Origin: Flavobacteriaceae bacterium
GTDB lineage: Bacteria; Bacteroidota; Bacteroidia; Flavobacteriales; Flavobacteriaceae
Assembly: GCA_965224465.1 (NCBI GenBank)
Contig: OZ245049.1
Location: 3,480,001-3,512,000, forward strand
Direction: 5' to 3'
Length of the DNA stretch: 32,000 nt
Shown here: positions 26,021 to 32,000 of the stretch, one piece after another
Layout: every line of letters starts with the position of its first letter
Numbering within the stretch: the stretch's first letter is position 1
Program-made: the position numbers and the translations under genes
Notes under the pieces: generated by a model
Seen by the model: the letters and a program-made list of their open reading frames with translations, nothing else
What the model was told of the DNA's origin: nothing
The model's database searches: none

Positions 26021-26186
26021 AACCCAAAATAATCAATAAAAACAGCTTGTTTTACATTCTAATATCATTAAAAACAGTACAATAGCTAAGGCTGTCCGTC
26101 TGTTTTTTGTCTCGCTATCCGCCCAGTCGGAGAACAAACAAAAAATAATTGCATTTCTAAACCGTCTTTGGGAATGTATTTGGTAT
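26021..26186 (+). repeat. Dispersed MITE-like repeat, copy D (degenerate head, different internal insert)
   Basis: aaCCCAAAATAATCAATAAAAACAGCTTGTTTTACATTCTAA...AACAAACAAAAAATAATTGCATTTCTAAACCGTCTTTGGGAATGTATTTGGTAT. The tail is well conserved and the head is diverged. Confidence 0.65.
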
Positions 26187-26270
26187 CAGTTTTTAAGAAA
26201 GTAGAGAAAGGCTTATGTTTTTAGTAGGTTTTAATGGAGTTATAGTTTTATAATTATAGGTAAAAAAGAA

Positions 26271-26597
26271 TTATGCTTCATTTTTCCAGTACATTGGATT
26301 TGCATCATCTGATGCTTGATTCCAGTAATCCTGTGTTACTTTTTTATTATCAAAGGTTTTTAAGCGTCTTTCAAAAACATAAGTAGTAGGGTTAAATACC
26401 ATGTCGGTAACACCTATAGTGTATAATTGTGGTTCTTCTTCGGATTTTCGTTTTTCTTCTTGTAACACAACTTCAAAACCATTGTGTTGCAACAAGGCTT
26501 TTAAGAAGGCCATGCGTTCTTCTGGAATCTTTTTTTCTACAAAGGTTACACGGACATCTCCAATAGATCCAAATGTATGTTTTCCTGCTAATGCCAT
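26271..26597 (-). CDS. Hypothetical protein (108 aa) immediately downstream of nuoN
   Basis: Clean ORF with normal, non-repetitive composition. Starts 5 nt after the nuoN stop, so probably co-transcribed. No motif recognised. Confidence 0.55.
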   Translation of the reverse strand: MALAGKHTFGSIGDVRVTFVEKKIPEERMAFLKALLQHNGFEVVLQEEKRKSEEEPQLYTIGVTDMVFNPTTYVFERRLKTFDNKKVTQDYWNQASDDANPMYWKNEA

Positions 26598-26601
26598 AAT
26601 C

Positions 26602-28029
26602 TTAATTTAAAATAGAACTTATCGAATAAATGTAATCATATATTGGGCTGTACATACCAATAACTAAAATTCCAATAACTGTAAGAACCAATCCCAAACG
26701 CATGTACAAGCTGTTTTTAAAATACGGAATAGGCTGTTTGTTGTCTCGGATAAACATGGCTCTTAAAACAATTAAATAATAATATAAAGAGATGGTAACA
26801 TTCACCACGGCTAAAAATACCAATAGGTAATACCCTTGACTTGCAGCAGCTGTGTATAAAAAGAATTTACCGAAAAAACCTGCTGCTGGTGGAATTCCTG
26901 CTAAGGAGAACAGTCCTAAAAGCATTACCAAACTCAACATTGGGTTGGTACGGTAAAACCCGTTATAATCATCCATTTGCTCTTTTCCTGTCTTGTTAGA
27001 AATGGCTTGTACGACTCCAAAAACGGCAAGGTTAGAGAATATATATATCAATATAAAATAGATGATAGACGCTGCTCCTAATTGTGTTCCTGCAATCATT
27101 CCTAACAGTATAAAACCTGCTTGGGCAATGGATGAATACGCTAAAAAACGTTTCATATTTTTTTGTCGTAGGGCAAAAATATTCCCTACAAACATGGTGA
27201 GTAAAGCTATTGCATAAAGCATGTTTTGCCATGCTTCTATCAATGGACGCATAACGGTAAACATTAATATTAACAAGGTAAAAACGGCGGCTCCTTTAGA
27301 AATCACAGATAAATATGAAGCAATACTGATAGGGGCACCTTCGTATACATCTGCTGTCCAGAAATGGAAAGGAGCCAAGGATATTTTAAATCCTAAACCT
27401 GAAAAAAACAATACAAATCCTAAGATACTTAAGCTAGAAGATGTCAAGGTAGTTGCCATGACATCAAAATAGATAGATCCAGTGGCTGCGTATAAAAGTG
27501 ATATTCCAAATAAGGAAACACCACTGGCTAAGGCTGCCGATAAAATAAATTTCACACCTGCCTCACTCGATGCTTTTTTACCTGCTTCGTAGGCGACTAA
27601 TGCCGCTACAGGCAAGGTAGATAATTCCAACCCTAAGTAAAACATTAAGAAGTCACCAGCCGAAATCATAAAGTACATTCCCAACAAAGAAGAAAATAAT
27701 AAAATAAAAAATTCAGTGCCTTTTTCTGCTTCAATTAACTTTTCTTCTATCCAATCGGCAGATTGTAATAATAAAATAAGCACCCCGATGTTCAATATGT
27801 TTTTAAACAAGTGAATCAGGTTGTTGGTTCTAAACGATCCTCCAAACAATGTAGTGGTGTCGATACTTAAAAAACCGATGGCGGTGTGAATTCCAAAAAG
27901 GAAAATAGCCAGGTGAACTAAACTAGATTTCTTATGTTTTGGGATAAAAATTTCTCCTGCAATTAACAATAGTATCATTGTTAAAAGGAATATTTCGTGT
28001 CGCATTATTAATAAACTACTAAAACTCAT
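26602..28029 (-). CDS. nuoN: NADH:quinone oxidoreductase subunit N
   Basis: 475 aa, about 14 TM, antiporter-like subunit pattern (LAPFHFW.ADVYEGAP, SIAQAGF). Last gene of the nuoJ-K-L-M-N series. Confidence 0.9.
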   Translation of the reverse strand: MSFSSLLIMRHEIFLLTMILLLIAGEIFIPKHKKSSLVHLAIFLFGIHTAIGFLSIDTTTLFGGSFRTNNLIHLFKNILNIGVLILLLQSADWIEEKLIEAEKGTEFFILLFSSLLGMYFMISAGDFLMFYLGLELSTLPVAALVAYEAGKKASSEAGVKFILSAALASGVSLFGISLLYAATGSIYFDVMATTLTSSSLSILGFVLFFSGLGFKISLAPFHFWTADVYEGAPISIASYLSVISKGAAVFTLLILMFTVMRPLIEAWQNMLYAIALLTMFVGNIFALRQKNMKRFLAYSSIAQAGFILLGMIAGTQLGAASIIYFILIYIFSNLAVFGVVQAISNKTGKEQMDDYNGFYRTNPMLSLVMLLGLFSLAGIPPAAGFFGKFFLYTAAASQGYYLLVFLAVVNVTISLYYYLIVLRAMFIRDNKQPIPYFKNSLYMRLGLVLTVIGILVIGMYSPIYDYIYSISSILN

Positions 28030-28049
28030 GATCTTTTTTTTAAAATAAT

Positions 28050-29540
28050 TTACTGTAGTACTCCTTGAATAAATGGCTGAATACTCTCCATAATCATGTT
28101 GCTAATCCATAAAGGGGCTACCCCAAGGGCAGTAATAGGGATTAACAATAATAAAATTGCTGTTACTTCGTACCAACGGACTGTTGGTAGTTTTTCAAAT
28201 TCGGGGTTTTTTACGGGACCCATCAGCATCAACCCCACCACGCGTAAAATATATACGGCTGTGACTACAATGGCAGAGATAGAAACAATTGTAGCGACAC
28301 GGTGAAACATATCAGGGTGTTGAAATGCGCCTACAAAAATATTCATTTCAGCAACAAATCCGCTAAATCCTGGCAGTCCAAGTGATGCCAATCCTGCAAT
28401 TACGTAGACTACAGAAATAAAAGGAATCACCTTGAGGAGTCCTCCTAATTTATGTACGTCTCTGGTGTGGGTTCTTCCGTAAATCATTCCTATTAATGCA
28501 AAGAAGAGCGCCGTCATAAATCCATGGGATAAAGATTGCAAAATGGCTCCTGTCCATGCCGTTTTGTTAAGCATCAATAAGGCAAATAATACCAAACCTA
28601 AATGACTAACGGATGAATAGGCATTGATGTATTTTAAATCGTTTTGTCTGAGTGCTCCAAAGGCTCCGTAAATAACTCCTGTGGCGGATAAAATAATAAA
28701 GAACCAGGACCAGTCCATAGCGCCTTCTGGCAATAAAAACATGGCAACTCTAAAAACTCCATAGCCTCCTAGTTTCATTAAAACTCCCGCGTGTAACATA
28801 GAAACTGCAGTGGGAGCAGAGGCATGACCGTCTGGTGACCATGTGTGAAATGGAAATAAGGCGCCCAGTACTGCAAAGCCAATAAAAGTAAGGGGAAAAA
28901 ATAATTGTTGTGCCTTAAAAGGAATATTGACCTTGGCTATTTCTAAAATATTAAATGTTAAATGTCCTCCATCTGCATTAGAATTGAGATAGATTCCTAG
29001 AATTCCTACCAATAAAACGGCAGAGGCGCCCATTAGCATCAATGTCAATTTCATGGCAGCATGTTCCTTTGGACCTGTACCCCAGATCCCAATCAATAAA
29101 TACATTGGAATAACGGCTATTTCGTAAAACACAAACATGGTAAACAAATCTATGGAAATAAAGAAACCATACACACCTGTTGCTAATACTATAAGTGATA
29201 CAAAAAATTCTTTAGGCAAATCGTCCATCATCCAAGAGATAAAAACACCTGCCAATACTACAATAGCTGTTAATGTAAGTAAAGCCACCGAAATTCCGTC
29301 AACACCTATGGCGTAGTGAATGTTGAATTCCTTAAACCAAACAAGATCTCTTGTAAATACCATAATGGCATCATTTACTGCCCGTTCTTTTACATAAGCA
29401 AACACTAAATGAATAGCCATTGCTAGTTGTATTAAACTCCCTATCATCGCGACCATACGCGATTGTTTTAAGCCTTTTGAAATAAATAAGGCGATGATTG
29501 TAATAACAGGAACTACAACAAAAAGTGATAATATATCCAT
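28050..29540 (-). CDS. nuoM: NADH:quinone oxidoreductase subunit M
   Basis: 496 aa. Motifs FYEIAVIPMYLLIG.WG, PFHTW.PD.H..APTA.S..LAG.LLK.G.YG, and YSSVSH.G. Positioned between nuoL and nuoN. Confidence 0.92.
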   Translation of the reverse strand: MDILSLFVVVPVITIIALFISKGLKQSRMVAMIGSLIQLAMAIHLVFAYVKERAVNDAIMVFTRDLVWFKEFNIHYAIGVDGISVALLTLTAIVVLAGVFISWMMDDLPKEFFVSLIVLATGVYGFFISIDLFTMFVFYEIAVIPMYLLIGIWGTGPKEHAAMKLTLMLMGASAVLLVGILGIYLNSNADGGHLTFNILEIAKVNIPFKAQQLFFPLTFIGFAVLGALFPFHTWSPDGHASAPTAVSMLHAGVLMKLGGYGVFRVAMFLLPEGAMDWSWFFIILSATGVIYGAFGALRQNDLKYINAYSSVSHLGLVLFALLMLNKTAWTGAILQSLSHGFMTALFFALIGMIYGRTHTRDVHKLGGLLKVIPFISVVYVIAGLASLGLPGFSGFVAEMNIFVGAFQHPDMFHRVATIVSISAIVVTAVYILRVVGLMLMGPVKNPEFEKLPTVRWYEVTAILLLLIPITALGVAPLWISNMIMESIQPFIQGVLQ

Positions 29541-29547
29541 GTTAATC

Positions 29548-31467
29548 TTAGTTTTTATAGATGTAAATTAGTACCATAGCAATCACAACAACACCACCTA
29601 CAAAGCCCATGGCATAATCTTGAAAACGACCAGATTGTATTTTTTTTGTTTTTTCGGAGAGTTGGATTGTGCTAGAACCAATTCCTTCCATAAAAGCATC
29701 CACTACATTTTTATCAAACCATGCGATGGGTTGGGAAATACAATTAAAAATGATTTTTCTAGTGATGAAAAAGTAAATTTCATCCCAGTAGAATTTTGCG
29801 TATGCCCATTTGTAAAAGACACCAAATGCCTTCCTGCATCTTGCGGGGTATTCAGAGGGTTTTTTATAAAACACATAAGCGATTAGGATCCCAATCAATC
29901 CTGTTGCAATAGCGAGGGCTGCTAAGGGATAATTCAAATGTGATTGAAAAGGAGTCTTGTCGGCAGTTACAAAATTGCTAAAAGGAATCCATCCAGAAAC
30001 CACACTCATTAGGGCTAAAAATAACAAAGGAAATGTCATGCTCCTAGGAGATTCATGCGGTGTGTGTGCGTATGTTGTTTTTTTACCGTGAAAAATATTG
30101 AAATACAAGCGGAACATATAAAAGGCAGTTAATCCAGCAACAAATAATCCAACGCCATACAATAATTTACTATGCTCGAATGCAGCGACTAAAATCTCGT
30201 CTTTAGACCAGAAACCTGAAAAAGGAGGGATGCCAGAAATGGATAAAGCTGCAATTAGAAAGGTGATATGTGTAATGGGCATGTATTTTTTTAAGTTTCC
30301 CATATCGCCCATCATATTGCTATGCACGGCATGGATTACAGAACCTGCGGCTAAGAATAATAAGGCCTTGAACATGGAGTGGGTAAATAAATGAAACATA
30401 GAAGCCATGTATCCAATTCCTTCGTGACCATCGTATCCAGAAACACCTAAAGCCATCATCATATATCCAATTTGTGACATGGTAGAAAATGCCAATACAC
30501 GTTTAATATCGTGTTGAGTAATGGCAATAATGGCAGCAAATAAAGAAGAAAATCCACCTACATAAGCTACAATATTAAGCGCGAATCCATCTTCGATAAA
30601 ATAGTACATAGGAAAGAGTCGAGCGACTAAAAAGACGCCTGCAACTACCATTGTAGCAGCGTGAATTAATGCAGAAACAGGGGTGGGACCTTCCATGGCG
30701 TCTGGTAGCCAAATATGTAAAGGAAACATCGCCGATTTTCCAGCACCTCCAATAAAAATTAGAAGCAATGCCCATGTGAATACAGACAGTCCCATAAAGG
30801 AAGTAGATGCCCAATTAAGAATCACTTCTCCTGCTGGATTGTTTAAGGTTTCAAAGTCAAAAGTACCTGCATAAAACCCAATGGTGATGATTCCAATAAG
30901 GAAAAATAAATCAGCAAAACGAGTGACAATAAAGGCTTTTTTTGCCGCCATTATAGCCGATGGTTTTGTGTAATAATAACCTATTAGTAAAAAAGAAGAT
31001 ACACCTACTAATTCCCAAAAAATATAAATTTGGAAGAGGTTGGTTGACAATACCAATCCCAGCATGGAAAAGGTAAAAAGAGATAAAAATGCGAAAAACT
31101 TAGTGTATCCTTGATCTCCTTTCATATAGCCTCTACTGTAAATATGAACGACTAGAGAAATGGTTGATACTACAATCAACATCATTATAGATATAGGATC
31201 TATTAAAATACCCATGTCTATATGCAAGGTGTCTGTAAAGTGCATCCATACCGTCTTGTATATTATCTGTTGGTATGCTCCATCTAATTTTACAGTGGTA
31301 AAAAAGTACTTGTAGGCAGTGTAATAAGATAGGAGGGCGCTAGCCAATAATCCGAAGACTCCTATATATCCAGAAACAGCAGGTTTTATTCGTTTGTAAT
31401 TGAGTCCTAGAATCAAGAAAACTACAAACGGAATAAGTGGTATTAATATGGTATAACTAAAGTTCAT
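29548..31467 (-). CDS. nuoL: NADH:quinone oxidoreductase subunit L
   Basis: 639 aa. Motifs FWELVG..S..LIG, GAGKSA.FPLH.WLPDAMEGPTPVSALIHAATMV.AG, and the long C-terminal extension typical of NuoL. Confidence 0.93.
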   Translation of the reverse strand: MNFSYTILIPLIPFVVFLILGLNYKRIKPAVSGYIGVFGLLASALLSYYTAYKYFFTTVKLDGAYQQIIYKTVWMHFTDTLHIDMGILIDPISIMMLIVVSTISLVVHIYSRGYMKGDQGYTKFFAFLSLFTFSMLGLVLSTNLFQIYIFWELVGVSSFLLIGYYYTKPSAIMAAKKAFIVTRFADLFFLIGIITIGFYAGTFDFETLNNPAGEVILNWASTSFMGLSVFTWALLLIFIGGAGKSAMFPLHIWLPDAMEGPTPVSALIHAATMVVAGVFLVARLFPMYYFIEDGFALNIVAYVGGFSSLFAAIIAITQHDIKRVLAFSTMSQIGYMMMALGVSGYDGHEGIGYMASMFHLFTHSMFKALLFLAAGSVIHAVHSNMMGDMGNLKKYMPITHITFLIAALSISGIPPFSGFWSKDEILVAAFEHSKLLYGVGLFVAGLTAFYMFRLYFNIFHGKKTTYAHTPHESPRSMTFPLLFLALMSVVSGWIPFSNFVTADKTPFQSHLNYPLAALAIATGLIGILIAYVFYKKPSEYPARCRKAFGVFYKWAYAKFYWDEIYFFITRKIIFNCISQPIAWFDKNVVDAFMEGIGSSTIQLSEKTKKIQSGRFQDYAMGFVGGVVVIAMVLIYIYKN

Positions 31468-31473
31468 GAGCTA

Positions 31474-31791
31474 TCAATATTTTAATGTGGTTGTGTCCTC
31501 AACTTCAACCGAAGTGATGTGTCTATACAAATTAATAATAATGGCGATGGCCAATGCTGTTTCTGCAGCAGCCACTGCGATGATAAATATTCCAAATACA
31601 GCGCCTTCTAATTGGTTAGGAAACATGTATTTGTTAATCACTACAAAGTTTACAACGGTAGCGTTTAAGATCAATTCGATGGACATCAAGACAGAAATTA
31701 GATTTTTTCTGGTGATAAAACCATAAATACCAATAAAAAACAATAGGGTAGTGAGGCTGAGTATTTCGTAGATGCTGACTCCTAAAATCAT
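31474..31791 (-). CDS. nuoK: NADH:quinone oxidoreductase subunit K
   Basis: 105 aa, 3 TM. Conserved Glu-containing helices (SIELILNA; AAAETALAIAI). Positioned between nuoJ and nuoL. Confidence 0.9.
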   Translation of the reverse strand: MILGVSIYEILSLTTLLFFIGIYGFITRKNLISVLMSIELILNATVVNFVVINKYMFPNQLEGAVFGIFIIAVAAAETALAIAIIINLYRHITSVEVEDTTTLKY

Positions 31792-32000
31792 AGTTTTGAT
31801 GCTTTTTTATCGGTTAGTTTGTTGTTTTTGGCAACAATTATAGCGCCTATCATAGTTGCGAGTAATAAGATACTAATGACTTCAAAGGGCAATATAAAAC
31901 CGCCTTCTCCTACACTCAAGAATTTTTCTCCAAGGGTAGAAACTTCAATGGCATTGTAATTTTCAATAACCTTAAAATTATGCGTCCATATCACATATAA
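31788..32000 (-). CDS. nuoJ: NADH:quinone oxidoreductase subunit J, C-terminal part; the 5' end lies beyond the window
   Basis: The frame stays open to the window edge (codons L-Y precede the GTG used by the ORF track). Motif LPFEVISILLLATMIGAI is typical of NuoJ. There is a 4-nt overlap with nuoK. Confidence 0.8.
   Translation of the reverse strand, partial: LYVIWTHNFKVIENYNAIEVSTLGEKFLSVGEGGFILPFEVISILLLATMIGAIIVAKNNKLTDKKASKL

Overview
AT-rich bacterial chromosomal segment, roughly one-third G+C by eye. Gene content suggests Bacteroidota/Flavobacteriia: an Oar-like TonB-dependent receptor tail, lipoprotein signal peptides, a COG1943-type Y1 transposase and a nuo operon. This assignment is an inference. 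Positions 1-15,700 are ordinary, densely packed housekeeping and transport genes. They include a PlsC-type acyltransferase, a Cys/Met PLP enzyme, two CPA1 antiporters, DinB, an ArsC-family protein, a CAP-domain lipoprotein, a PAS hybrid histidine kinase, a beta-carbonic anhydrase, a META/DUF4377 lipoprotein, an aldose epimerase and an M24 peptidase. Positions 26,270-32,000 carry the distal end of the NADH:quinone oxidoreductase operon (nuoJ partial, then K, L, M, N) on the minus strand. The middle (15.7-26.2 kb) is a mosaic with low coding density, built from three unrelated repeat families. The standout is a RAYT-like Y1/HUH transposase gene (16743-17207). The last 132 nt of this gene, together with about 205 nt of downstream hairpin-rich (REP-like) DNA, is amplified into an 8-unit tandem array with 337/338-bp period (17073-19773). 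The array has a 4-unit (about 1350 bp) higher-order periodicity. It carries seven open, indel-free 3' gene cassettes in four alleles. It ends in a second, truncated copy of the transposase 5' flank and start. The whole locus is bracketed by inverted copies of a 130-170-bp MITE-like repeat. Further copies of that repeat flank a fatty-acid hydroxylase gene. A different direct repeat of about 200 bp flanks a two-gene cassette (NTF2-like lipoprotein plus an mdaB-like gene frameshifted in an A10 tract). All functional calls come from motif recognition by eye; no database search was possible.
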